A stretch of 64,000 nt of DNA from Stegostoma tigrinum. Its lineage: Eukaryota. The stretch lies in contig NC_081363.1 of assembly GCF_030684315.1 (NCBI RefSeq), positions 50,906,312 to 50,970,311 of the forward strand, written 5' to 3'. Below are positions 37,930 to 50,639 of this stretch, one piece after another. The translations under genes were made by a program, and so were the position numbers. Positions within the stretch are counted from its first letter, which is position 1; every line of letters starts with the position of its first letter. A model generated the notes under the pieces. That model searched no databases and was not told the DNA's origin. It saw only the letters and a program-made list of their open reading frames with translations.

Positions 37930-39025
37930 TCTGGTACAATCATGTCCTTTCAATAGTGTGGTGACCACAATTGCACACAGTATTCCATTTGTGGCCTAAT
38001 CAATGCTTTATAAATTTGTAGCAAGACTTCCTTGCTCCTATATTCTATACCCTGACATCTATAAGATTATAACATTAAAAGCTGTGGGAGCAGAAGTAGG
38101 GCATTCAGCCCATTGTGTTTAATCTACAGTAATGACTGATCTGATAACCCTCAACTCCATTCTCCTGCCTTTACCCTATAACTCGTGATTAACTGACTGA
38201 TTGAGAAACTATTGATATACTTAATAACCCAGTCTTGACTGCACTCTTCAAACAAAAACTATTAAGAGAAGAAATTCTTCCTTACCTCTGTCTTAAGCAT
38301 GTAACCCTTATTCTTACACTATGTCCTTTGGTCCTAGACTGTCCCATAAGGGAAAACAACCTCTCTGCATAAATGCTCTCAAGTTCCCTAAGAATCTTAC
38401 ATGTTTCAATAAGGTCTCCTCTCATGCTTCTAAAGTCCAATGAGTACAGACCTAACTGACATGACCACTCCCATAAGACATCCCTCTCTACCCAGTATTA
38501 GCCTAGTGAACCTTCTCTGGAGTGCCTCCAATTCCAATATATCTTTCCTGGGATAAGGGGCCTAAAACTGTTCACAGTATTCCAGCTGTTCTCTGACTAG
38601 TTCCTTGTGCAGATTTTGCAAAACCTCCCTACTCCCTACTCCATTTCCTTTGAAATAAAGGATAACATTCCATATGCCTTCGCTATCACCGACTGAACTT
38701 GGATGCTAGCTTCTTTTTGATTCACGCAAGAGGATTCCCGAATTCCTTTATCCTGTGGCTTTCTGCAATTTTGGCCCATATAATATTCACCTCCTCTATT
38801 TCTGCCAAAGTAGGTAACCTTCCTTTTCCCACATAATATTTTATTGTCAAGTTTTTGCCCATTCATTTAACCTGACTATATCCCTCTGAAGGCTCTTTGT
38901 AACAACCTCATCAGTTGCTTTCTCAACTACTTTTGTGTTATCTGCAAACATGGCTACAGTACATTCACTTTCATCATCCCAGCCATTATTATGAATAGCA
39001 AATAATTCTGGCCCCAGAACTGATC
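37930..39025 (-). mobile_element. CR1 LINE 3' portion(s)
   Basis: Minus strand AMFADNTK (~38945), GMLSFISKEME, QLEYCEQF; CR1 tail near 38080. Confidence 0.75.
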
Positions 39026-39029
39026 TCTG

Positions 39030-40245
39030 AGGGTATTCTTAGAGTCTGATCTGCTCTTGTAGCTGTAATATTTATATGGCTCATCCAGTTCAGTTTCTTA
39101 TCAGTAGTAACCTTCAGGATGTTGATGGTGGGTGAATCGGTGATAGTACTATCTTCGAATGTCAAAGCATGATGATGAATTGCTGTCTTCTTGGTGATGG
39201 CCATTGCCTGTCTCTTATGTAGCATGAATGTATTTTGCCACACATCTGCCCAAGCCTAGTTATTGTCTAGGTTTTATCGCATTTTAGCACAAACTGTTTC
39301 AGTATCTGAGGAGCTGTAAGTAGTGCTGAACATTGTGCAATCATCAACACATGTCTTTATTTTTTACTGTATAATGGATGGAAGATCATTGATGCAGCAG
39401 CTGAAGCTGGTTGGATCTCGGACACTACCCTAAGGAACTCCTGCCGAGATGTCCTGGATTTGAGATGCCTGGCCTTGAACAAGCACAGCTTTCTTCCCAT
39501 GTACTAGGTGTGACTCATCACTGGAGTTTTCCCTGATTCCCAGTGACTCCAGTATTACACGGGTGCCTTGATGTCACACTTGGTCAAATATGGCATTGAT
39601 GTCAATGTCAAACGTTCTCATCTTACTTCTGAAATTCAATTCCATTGTCCATGTTTGAAACAAGAGTGTAATGAGGTCTGAAGATGAGGGACGCTGGTGG
39701 AAGCCGAAGTGCGTGTCCCTGAGCAGGCTATTGCAAACCAAATACTTCTTGGTAGCACTGTTGATGACATCTTCCATCAGTTGACTGATGATCAAGTGCA
39801 GACTGATGGGGCAGAAATTGGCTGTGTTGAATTTGTCCTGTTATTGCTTACATATCTTGGCAATTTTCCACTTTGTTGAGTTGATGCCAGAGTTGGAGCT
39901 GCGCTTGAACGGATTGTCTCAGGGCACAGAAACTCCCGGAATATAAATCTTCCTGTTGGCGGAATGTTGTCAGTTTCCACCGTCTTTGGAGTATTGGATG
40001 CCTCCAGTTATTTCATGATGTCATGTGGAGGGAATTGACTTTGCTAAAGACAGGCATCTGTGATGCTGTGGGCTCCTGGAAGAAGCTGAGATAGATCATC
40101 CACTGGGAACTTCTGGCTGAAGATCGTTGCAGATTATTTCAGCTTTACCTTTAGCACTAATGTGCTCTGCTCCCCCATCGCTGTTGGCAGGAATATTTGT
40201 GGAGCCTCTTCCTTTAGTGAGTTGTTTAATTGCCCACCATCACAC
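39030..40245 (-). mobile_element. CR1-group LINE (second family), decayed RT
   Basis: ORF 39574-39795: HFGFHQRPSSSDLITLL...FDIDINAIFDQV. Confidence 0.75.
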
Positions 40246-42006
40246 ACACTTTTGGGAGTTATCAACATCGTAGGTCAGAGTTTTAAAGTGCTGCAGATGC
40301 TTTTAAAGTGTGACTCAAAATCTATTTTTTAATGGGGATGGGGGTGGGGGAGGGTCCTGATAAAGCAAAAAGGGCTGCGGATGCAGCTTAAATGACTGCC
40401 TAAAGAAGCCCGTGGAAGGTGCCATTAATGGATATGAAGGGATCTTCTTTGTTTTGCATTTTTCCTTTTGAAAAGTACCAGGACAGGGATTAAAGAAGCC
40501 ATTTTCAACTCAGCTGGAGTGTGTTGTTGAGATTGAACGTTCTCTAATGTACAAACTTGGTTTCAAGCATTAATGTGCTGTGAAGGTCATGGTTTATGGG
40601 CTGCCCCCAAGCCACCACTTCCCGTTGTGGGTTAAACATCCTCTCTCACTTTCTACATTAGAAATCAGGTAATAACAGCCAGAAATTACATGATTAGGAA
40701 TTTAATCACAGTTGAAAGGAATCAAAATGACTGAATCTCAACCGATCTGCAAAGCTAAAGGTTTTGAAATCTACCTCTCAGCCGCCAACATCAACGTTAC
40801 TGGCGACTTCCACTGCTACCACTGTAACATTCAAATATGCATCGTTCTCAAACAATTCAGAATGATTTTTTTCATCTTTTACCTTTTCGGACTCACCTTT
40901 GTATTTCTCATTGTGTTGCATTAATATCTTTTCTTGCATGTGATAGTTAATAACTTGTTTTTAATTCAAGAAAACCTGATGAAATTGGATTCTTTTAGAG
41001 CTTAAGTTCATTTGGATCTGAGAGGAAGGTATCCACATAGGAAGGGGACATTTTTCAAATAAATATTGGTGGAAACAGCAAAACAGGTGGATGGACAAAG
41101 AAGGGAAGTCAAGACATCCCTCTTCACCCATGAGCTAAGAGTTTGGGGTATTCTGTCTGGAACCAAAATTAAATGGAGAACCTTCCCTGTGTTCTGGTCA
41201 CATATGTCTTTTAATTGCATTAAAACGTAGAAAGATATATGTTACAGAAGGAGGACAGTTGGTTCATTGTGTCTGGCTGAAAAGAGCATTCCAGGTCTAA
41301 CCCTACCTTCTATCTTCATCCAACACCTGATATGCATACCCATGTAAATGAATACATCAAATAAAAGTGACAGTCACTGTTATGAGCCATCGCTCAAATC
41401 TGCTGTATATTTTTCATCACATCAGGGAAGAGAACATTTACATGCCTTCATCACTAAATGCAAGAGATCAGAATCATTTGTAAAATCTAAAATCTACCCA
41501 TTAAAAATTCCATATTTTCTGATTCTTGTTCATTGTGTCCAATTAGCATTTCTTATCATTGTGTGTATCTTTCATGCCAACATTTTTCACATGAACCTGA
41601 AAATTGTTACCTCACTATCAAAAGGCTGAAATTGTGCTTATTGAGTCCTTGAGGTGATGTTCACCTGACTGATGCTCAGTCCTTGCTGCTTTTGATGCCA
41701 TAGCAGTTGAATGTCAAATTTCTATCAGCTCCAGGCCAGAAATTCCTTCTTATGCTGGCATTGGAAGAAACAAGATGGAATGGAATTAATTGCCACTGTT
41801 GAATAGCAGTGATGCTTGGGACTATGACATGTTTGACATTACCTTGGGAAAATGCAGGTTAGAAAGTCTATAGAGAAGAAAACGCAGATATCTAATTCTG
41901 AAAATGAATGCAGCTGAACAGGAATTAAAATTTTTAAAACAATGGAAAGCAGATACTCTGTTTTAAAGCACTGTTTAGCTAAATACTGTTTAGCCATTTA
42001 ATTTTG

Positions 42007-42672
42007 GGATGGAAATCTTGTTGAGTGTTGTGAGATTTCTTAGGAGGTTGTTTACCTGATTGGCACCATTTTAGTCTGGCCTCTCCATCTCTGACCTGTT
42101 CCAGTGCCACACCACTACTTAAGATCTGCAGCAGGCTCCCCTCCATCCAGGAGACCCTAGACCATCTGCAGGAACTGCCACAGGTCCGATCACATTTGAA
42201 ACAGCGGTCACCATTGTGGTGAGGACCAACCTGGACCACCCCTGCAGGCTCACATGGTTCCACCAACTCAAAACTCAGCAGCCATTCTCCTCTTCCAGCC
42301 TGCAAGGGCAAAGATTGGCAGTACCCCCACACCCACAGGACTCTGGAAGGACTTGGGTGAGGTGCTGTTCCTAGATCTGTTGTACCACACCTGAAAGGAT
42401 GGCTGGAACAAAGGTACTCTGACAATCAAGGGGAAGAATTCTGATCAGTAGCTCGTGTGGGCTCCAAAAGCTGTGGCGCTCAGCAAGAAATATCCCTTTT
42501 AATCCCAGAAAATGGCCACAAAGCAGCCAGGGCCAACTGACAGCCCTAACTGGCAGTTTGTAGCCCAAAAACCAAAGAACCCCCCAACACTTGTTGGAGA
42601 TCCCAGGCAGTATTCCCCCCACCCCCCCACCCACACCACCCCACCACCAACTCCATAACAAGAATATCTACT
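42007..42672. mobile_element. Probable non-autonomous DNA transposon
   Basis: GC-richer block bounded by imperfect inverted ends GGATGGAAATCTTGTT / AACAAGAATATCTAC. Confidence 0.35.
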
Positions 42673-42787
42673 ATTGGATGTACTGTAAATAAATTGCTAC
42701 ATTTTCCTTCCACGCCAGGTATTTCTAAATATATTTTGTTTTAGTTTGCCAATCTAGGACCTTGATTATTTAAAGTACAATATTTTA

Positions 42788-43603
42788 GGTGAAAGGTGGC
42801 AAATGGAGTTCAATACGGATAAATGTGAGGTGATTCACCTTTGGGAAGAATAATAGGAAGGCAGAATACTGGGTCAATGGAAAGATTCTTGGTGGTGTGG
42901 ATGTGCAGAGGGATCTTGGTGCCCATGTACATAGATCCCTGAAATTTGCCACCCAGGTTGATAGTGCTGTTAAGAAGGCTTACGGTGTGTTAGGTTTAAT
43001 TGGTAGAGGGATTGAGTTCTGGAGCTGTGATGTCATGCTGCAACTGTACAAAACGCTAGTGCAGCCTCACTTGGAATATTGTGTGCAGTTCTGTTCGCCC
43101 CATTACAGGAAGGATGTGGAAGCATTGGAAAAGGTGCAGAGGAGATTTACCAGGATGTTGCCTGGTCTGGAGCGCAGGCCCTATGAAGAAAGGTTGAGGG
43201 ACTTGGGTCTGTTCTCATTGGAGAGAAGGAGGCTAAGAGGAGATTTAATAGAGACATACAAGATGATCAGAGGATTAGATAGGGCGGACAGTGAGAGTCT
43301 TTTTCCGAGGATGATGACTTCAGCTTGTACAAGGGGGCCTAGCTACAAATTGAGGGGTGATAGATTTAAGACAGATGTCAGAGGCAGGTTCTTTACTCAG
43401 AGAGTGGTAAGGGCGTGGAACACCCTGCCTGCCAATGTAGTTAACTCAGCCACATTAGGGGCATTTAACCAGTCCTTGGATAAGCATATGGATGATGATG
43501 GGATAGTGTAGTGAGATGGGCTTAGATTAGTTCACAGGTCGGCGCAACATCGAGGGCGGAAGGGCCTGTTCTGCGCTGTATTGTTCTGTGTTCTGTGTTC
43601 TAT
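42788..43603 (+). mobile_element. Young 5'-truncated CR1 LINE (ORF2 C-terminus, 3'UTR, microsatellite tail)
   Basis: Open 204-aa ORF 42897-43511 (RDLGAHV...PHLEYCVQF...LFSLERRRLRGDLIETYK...FFTQRVVRAWN); tail TGTTCTGTGTTCTGTGTTCTA. Confidence 0.95.
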
Positions 43604-45397
43604 TTCAACTTAAAGGGTGCGATCATGTAGGAAACTGAGTGAACTACAGATATTTTGCATGACCCTACAAACTGATGACTGCTGAGAGAGAGAAAAGCAT
43701 TGAAGAAGGTTATTCTCCCTTCCATGAGAAGGGGAAGAATAATACTGAGTGCACCAAGAACGGCAGAATTTAAGGTAGCAATCAGTGGTGATGCCTGAGA
43801 TTAATCTTATTTGAACAATTTCTAGCTTTTTACTCTTCAAAAATTTTGATGTAAATTTAATTTCAATAATGCCTACTCAGAATTTTTTTTAACTGTGATT
43901 GTTAAGTACGTTATTTATAAGCTTTTATTGTTTCATCTAAATTGGCTCTTGGTTTAGATTCTAATCAACACTGAAACTATGAAATGCCTAGAAGTCAACA
44001 CATTCAGCAAAGAGTGGCTTGTGTTTCATTCCAAATTCTCAAAACCCTCTGTATGTATTCTTTCTGTTTTCAATTGTCCCTTAATTGGGTACCCAGAATA
44101 TTATTTATACTAAGACATTAATGTGAGTGAAACCTTTGCCAGCTCTTTATCCACTACTCTAAACACCCTAGAGATCTGAAAACATTTTTACTTATCCTTA
44201 AATCCATGCTGGATGCCAATGAACACCAGATTTTGCACTGTACATTAGAGAGGAAGTCAGATCATTTTTACTGTGGGGAAACCATTGGTTTCCTGCCAAA
44301 GAAATTTCATTGCTGATCAGCAAGAGGCAGCTGCTTTCATTCCCCCTGTAATGGAAAATATCTCCCCACTGTTATTGACCAACAAAGACTCTGAAAACAT
44401 CCTTGAATTTAGGGTGGTGGGACTTATCACAGAAATTATCAAAACAGGTCTCCAAACTCCACTACATTGTTTATTTATGTTAGCTGTGGTAACCCATGTC
44501 CTATTCAGGCAGGGTTACTATGGGAAGTGAACTGCTTTTTGCAATTATGTTCAGGTCACCTTCTCCTTGCTCCTTAGTTTAAGCAGTGTAATTACTGGCA
44601 GATTCCACCAACAGCATAAAGTTCAAGGGTTCAATGTTAAATTGGCAGTGTCTGTAATTAACATAGACTGTTGTATCTTTATTTAGAGTATGTATATTGA
44701 ACACAATTGCATTCATTTTCTCAATTTCAGTATTACAGAGTTTAGATTAAAACAGATTGAAAAGGATATGTTTGCCATTCTGTATGAATTGTGATTGCAG
44801 GATAATCTGGTCATATGTGCAATATGTTTGAACTACTTCAAAAATGTGATGGAATGCCAGATACAGTTAAATTACGAGGAAAGCTGATCATATTGCTGTC
44901 ATTCTTGATTCTGTAATACTGTTTCTATTGCATTTAATTTTCTTTTGGTTTGTGTTCCTGTTCATCCACCGTGTCTGGGAATGGAGAAATCTAACCATCA
45001 ATAGCAGGACATTGATGGCGCAAACGATGTTGTACAGCTGGATTTTGCAGTGAAGTTTCCAGCAAAAGACATTTGCTTGTCTTTTTAGTGTTAGTTAAAT
45101 TGTGTTATGTAAATATTAATAGAACTTCAACTGTATTCTAATTTTCAGGGTACTTGTGTTCCTTTCAGGGTCTCTTGTTTTCTGCCGGATTTTGCGCCTT
45201 TGATCTAGCCAGTTCCATCTTGACAGTGAGAGTGCTATCAGATGCCAATCATGCATGCTTAATAAGCCATATCCAGTATTGGGCTTTACTCGAATTGAAA
45301 CTCGTTGCTCAAACAGATATTGCTGCTGTGGATCCTATGTCAAATATGTTTGAGCAGTCTTGACCTAGTTCCAAGTGAGTGTAACTATTACTGCATC

Positions 45398-45681
45398 AAA
45401 TCCTGCCATGGCAGATGGTGGAGTTTGAATTCAATAAATATCTGGAATTAAGAGTCTAATGAAGAGCATGAATCTACTGTCAATCGTCAGGAAAAACCCA
45501 TCTGGTTCACTAATGTCCTTTAGGGATGAAAACTGACATCCCTGTCTGGTCTGGCCTACATGTGACTCCAGACCCATAACAATGTGGTTGACTCTTAATT
45601 GCCGTCTGACCACTAGAGATGGGCAATAAATATTGCCTGGCCAGCGATGCCCTCATCCCATAAATGAATAAAGAAAAGAAA
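45398..45681 (+). mobile_element. SINE with B-box remnant and a tail shared with the second CR1-group LINE
   Basis: CAAATCC remnant at the 5' end; 3' end GGGCAATAAATATTGCCTGGCCAGCGATGCCCTCATCCCATAAATGAATAAAG matches the LINE tail at ~9905-9955 (minus). Confidence 0.7.
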
Positions 45682-45817
45682 TTTGTTCAAGTGATGATGT
45701 GCATCATTTGAAATTTATTCAAAATCCCAAACCAAATTCACTGAGCCGCTTTCTCACTTCTTCATTTCTACTGAAACCCACTGAAATCAGTGGTAGCCTA
45801 ATGATGGAACAACATTG

Positions 45818-46547
45818 GCTAGATTTTCCCACAGGCTTCAGGACTGTATCAATGGGACCAAATTGGGATCACAATTCCACACTTGCTGACAGCAGGATGG
45901 CTTAGGGCTAACTGTTGCCAAATTCTCCATCAAATCAAGATCGGTGGACAAGGCTCTCAATGCTTTAGGCCTCATTGGAGGGCCAACAGCTCTGGAGCCT
46001 TGGCATTGCCCCCAGGGGAGCTGGTTGCTGCTGAGATTGCACAATTGCTTTATCGCAGCAGTACTCTGAGAAGCCCAGTTGCAATTGTTGAGGACGAAAC
46101 ACTGGATCCAGGCTGGGTTGCTTCAGAGAATGTGCCCTTGATCATCCCTATCCTTCCCTGAACTGTTGCCTGGGGCGTTGTCTAGCTTTCCAGCTGTGGG
46201 AAGAAGCCACATTGACAGCTCAACTGTCACTTGAAAAACCCTCAGTATGTGTGAAACCCTCTCTCAATAGCATTTTAATTGCCCTAATTTGTTACCTGTT
46301 AATGGTAAACAAGTAACCACCACCCAACCAAAGCCATCTCCCTTAAAGAGAAGTGTAAACATTGAGATAGCCTGGCATGCTGACAGGGTAAAAGCATCCA
46401 ACCCATTACATTGGCCTCTGTCAACCAATACCAGTCCAAGCTATGGAGTTAATGGTTCGAAAATTCACAGTGCTAATTTATCAATTTATAGAAATGGGGG
46501 AAGGAACGGGAATAGGATCAGAACTCCAACCTGGCAAAATCTGACCC
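45818..46547. mobile_element. MITE/non-autonomous DNA transposon with imperfect TIRs
   Basis: GGCTAGATTTTCC at 45818 versus GGCAAAATCTGACCC ending at 46547 (reverse complement GGGTCAGATTTTGCC). Confidence 0.45.
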
Positions 46548-46756
46548 TATTTGAAATTGTAACACTTTTGGGGGTCCTAAGAATTGATTCAGCAATTGGG
46601 TGCCTCTTTCCATTCCTGTTGGATACCAAACGTACTTTCGGGTGCTGTTATATGCCAGAAGTGGGATAGTGTATCATATGCAATGTAAATGAAAAATTTG
46701 CATACTTTTTTCACTTATGCTGTTAATTAGGGTGGAAGCCAGTGTGGTTACTAAAT

Positions 46757-46932
46757 TTAAGGTAACATGGAGTAGCGCTGGACGAACACAGCAGGCCAAG
46801 CAGCATCCGAGGAACAGGAAGGCTGACATTTTGGGCCTTCCTGCTCCTCTGATGCTGCTTGGCCTGCTTTGTTCATCCAGCTCTACACCTTGTTATTTCA
46901 GATTCTCCAGCATCTGCAGTTCCTACTATCTC
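46757..46932. mobile_element. Fold-back PLE-terminus mini-element with 12-bp TSD
   Basis: TGGTTACTAAAT at 46745-46756 and 46933-46944; ~60-bp inverted arms. Confidence 0.85.
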
Positions 46933-47439
46933 TGGTTACTAAATATCTTGCAAGAGGTCTGCCAGCCCACTGATGCTGCCGGTAGGTGATACTGTAAAAT
47001 TGCTCACTCTTCTCTACTTCATATGGTCATCCCAGTTGTTCGAGAAAAAGCAGAAATCTTTGCCCACAATGTAGTGTCAGAGTTTAAAGAATTAAGGTGT
47101 GGGATTGGCAATTACATTTGGACTAAGTTCTTTGCACATAGAAATAATATGCACACAACCACTCAGAAGAATTGATGGTAGCTATTCATTGCTTTATTTT
47201 TCAGGACAATGTCCTGATATATCAGAATCAACACCGCCTTCAAATCTGGCAATTAACTTTCAAACATCATCAATTGCTGCATTCTCCACGGCAACAGTCG
47301 ACCAAACAGAATCTGCTTGCTAACCAATCAAAGCTCTACTCTCATTTAGTAGTAACATTCGTTTTCCCTTTTATTGGTACTTTTGCAAATTGTATTGTCC
47401 TAGTTATTGTAAGATGAAAAGCCTCAACAAAATGTGTAT

Positions 47440-47890
47440 GACATATGAGGAGAGGCTAAATTAATTAGGATTATATTCACTGGAGCTCAGAAGAATGCAG
47501 GGCCTTTCATTAAAACCCATAAAATTGTAATGGGGAAACAGGTAACTACCTGAAGGATAGTCCGAACAGAGAAAGTGTCCAGAACCAGGGGTCATAGTCT
47601 AAGGACATGGAGTAAACCATTTAGCACTGAGATGAGGTAAAATTCTTCACCCAGTGAGTGGTGAACCTACAGAATTTATTACCACAGGAAGCAGTTGAGG
47701 CCAAAACAAGAAGAAGGGTTTGGATATAGAACTGGGGCTAAAAGGATCACAAGATATGGGGGAAATGCAGGAGCAGGCTATTGAGTTGGATAATCACCCA
47801 TGATTATAATGAATGGTAGAGCAGGCTCAAAAGGCCAAATTCTCTTATTTTCCTGTTTTCCACGTTTTTGCATTTCAATATTTCTATATG
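47440..47890 (+). mobile_element. CR1 LINE 3' fragment
   Basis: TYEERLN*LGLYSLE...RTRGHSL...FFTQ*VVNL motifs and CR1 3'UTR. Confidence 0.75.
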
Positions 47891-48462
47891 TCCGTGTTCA
47901 GCAGTACAGTTCACAAATTTTGTGTGTTGTATCATGCATGACTAACCTTAGGTTAATGATGCTGGAGTATGAATGCACCGCACTCTCAAGGCTGGATTCA
48001 TTTCATGAAATCCATAAAAAGTGGTTATTTCCCTTCTGACCCTGGGAGCAACATTTCATCGAGTGAGAACACAGGAAGTTTACAATAACTGTTGATGGCT
48101 CTGTCCTGAGAGTGATTTCTTAGCTGTGGAAAATGTTCTTTTCTTCACAATCCATTATTTTGATCACTTGATTCCACCAAAGACAAATCCAGTAAAAATT
48201 TATGTTATCCACCAACCAAAAAACTGCATCAACCTGAACATCTAACCTGTCTCCCCTACCAGGCCTCAATACATGTGGTGGAAAATGTGAATTTGTCAGC
48301 CTGAAGTGACTGCAAAAGAATTGCACCGAGGCTGAAGTATTTACAATGAAGAGAGGCAAAAGCTGTGTGAATTTCAGAAAACATCAAGGCGTGTTTTTGT
48401 TTGATTCCTATGATTACTACAAATACAATGGGATAATTGGCATTTTAAGACAATAAATTCAT

Positions 48463-49470
48463 TAGATGTAGGAGCAGAAGAAGGCCATTCAGCCAACAAA
48501 GCTCCTCTACTATCCCAAGAGGCCATAAGATATAGGAGCAGAATTATGTCATAGGAGCTAGGAGCAGAATTAGGCCATTCAGCCCATCAAGTCTGGTCTG
48601 TGATTCGATCATGGCTGATATATTTCTCTTGCTTTCTCCCCATTACCCCTGATCAGCTTACCAATCAAGAGCCAATCTATCCATGTATCAAATAGACTCA
48701 ATGACTTGGCTTCCACAGCCCTCTGTAGTGATGATGTCTGCAAATTAACCAAATTCTAACTGAACAAAGTACTCATATTAATTTTAAAGGATTGTCTTTT
48801 CACTCTGAGGCTGTGCCTTTGGGCCCTGGTCTCTCCTATGTTCACTTCTCCATGTTCACTCTATCCAGACCTCTCAGGATTCTCTAAGTTTCAATCAAAT
48901 TCCCCCTTATGCTTCTAAACACCATCAAGTAAAGATCCATAGTCCTCAACTGTTCCTTGTGTGACAAGCCCATCATCCGTCATCTTGTAAACCTCTTCCA
49001 GACCCCTCCAACACAGTACAACCTTCCTTAGATATGAGACCCCCAGCTACAAACAATGTTCCAAATACATTCTGAACCTAGCCTAACACAGCCTTGGCAT
49101 TAACCTGTGATCTTGTATTCTGGTCCTTTTGAAATAATGCTAACATTGCATTTACCTTCCTAGCTGCCAACTGAACCTATATGTTAACTTTAAAAAAAAT
49201 CCTGAACGAAGCCTCCTAGGTCCTTGTGCTTTAGAGTTCTGAGATTTTTCCCAGTTTTCCAAATAGTCTACAGCTGCATTCTTCCTAATAAAGTGCATAG
49301 CTTCACAATTTCCCACATTTTATTCCATCTGCCATTTCTTTGCCACTCTCCTACCCTGTCCAAGGCCTTCTGCAGTTTCCCCACTTCCTCAATATTACCT
49401 GCCATTCCATCCATCTTTTATTCATCTGCAAATTTAGCAAAAATGTCCTCAGCTCCTTCATCCATCATAT
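48463..49470 (-). mobile_element. CR1 LINE 3' portion with three stacked tails
   Basis: TAGGAGCAGAA tail motif at ~48469, 48533 and 48558; LAKFADE RT motif (minus) at ~49425. Confidence 0.75.
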
Positions 49471-49544
49471 TAATGTATCACTTGGTGACTTACTGCTCTG
49501 GTTCCCATGCCCCTGCCATAATTGTTTACACCTTTCTGAGTGAC

Positions 49545-50175
49545 ACTAGCAAACCTCTTGGCAGAGAAGTTTGCTGGTATTATTTTCCAGGGTTTAAACT
49601 AGTGTGGCAAGGGAACCAGAGCAGTAGGTCAGTAAGTGAAATGAAAGAGGAGTTAGAGATTAAAGCCAGTAAGGTTAAGAGGAAGGACAGATGTGGGTGG
49701 TTACTGAATATGACAGGACTGGTGGTCTGAAGTATTTTTGTTTTATTACAAGAAATATGACAGGAAAGGCTGATGAACTTGGAGCTTGCATTAGTTCATA
49801 TAACTATGATGCTGTAGTTATTGCAGAGTCTTGGTTGAAAGAGGGACAAGACTGGCAAGCTAATGTTCCAGGTTTTAGATGTTTCAGGCAACGGAGAGAT
49901 GAATTTAAAGAGGTGAGCGAGTTGCATTACTGATAAGAGAGAATATCACAGCTATACTGAGGAAGAAACCTTGCATGGCTCATTTCACAAGGCCATATGG
50001 GTTGAGCTCAGGAATAGGAATGTGCATTCATTTTGGTAGGGTTGTATTACAGGCATCCCAACAGTCAGTGGGAAATAGAGGAACAAATATGTGAACAGAT
50101 TATGGCAAAATGTGAAAACAACAGGGTTGTTGTTGTGGATGATTTTAACTTCCCATATATTGACTGGAACTCCCT
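49545..50175 (+). mobile_element. CR1 LINE ORF1 end / ORF2 AP-endonuclease fragment
   Basis: LKYFCFITRNMTGKADEL...YDAVVIAESWLKEGQDW..NVPGFRCFR, YYRHPN, VVVDDFNFPYIDW. Confidence 0.85.
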
Positions 50176-50189
50176 TCTTATCTGATTAA

Positions 50190-50470
50190 AGATTTACAGC
50201 GTCTTAGGAAATGAGGAGACATTTCTTCAGCCAGAGAGTGGTGGGCTTGTGGAATTCATTGCCATGGAGTGCAATGGGGGCCAGGATGTTAGATGCCTTC
50301 AAGGCAGAGATCGATAAATTCTTGATCTCACAAGGAATCAAGGGCTATGGGAAGAGTGCAGGGAAGTGGAGTTGAAATGCCCATCAGCCATAATTTAAAT
50401 GGCGAGTGGACTCGATGGGCCGAATGGCCTCACCTCCTCTCCTATGTCTTATGGATTTATGGTCTTAGGT
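50190..50470 (+). mobile_element. CR1 LINE 3' end
   Basis: MRRHFFSQRVVGLWNSLP and tail TCTTATGG..TTATGGTCTT. Confidence 0.8.
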
Positions 50471-50494
50471 TCATTTGATATATATTCATCAGTG

Positions 50495-50635
50495 GTGTGA
50501 CCCTTTGATCTTTTACTTATAAATTCTGTGTCTACCTCTCTCACTAATACTTGAAGGAGGAATGAGGCCCGAAAAGCTTGTCTTTTCAAATAAACCTGTT
50601 GGACTATAACCTGGTGTCATGTGATTTCTGACCAG
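50495..50635 (+). mobile_element. Terminus of a different PLE-type family with degenerate hammerhead-like core
   Basis: TTGAAGGAGG...CCCGAAAAGCTTG followed by AATAAACCTGTTGGACTATAACCTGGTGT. Confidence 0.4.
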
Positions 50636-50639
50636 GTCA

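Noticed and set aside
42897-43511. 204-aa ORF as a host gene
   Set aside because: It is the C-terminus of CR1 ORF2 in a 5'-truncated insertion with a LINE tail
44270-44372. 93-bp segment with GGGGA/TCCCC ends flanked by ACTGT
   Set aside because: TIR and TSD are too short to distinguish from chance without other copies
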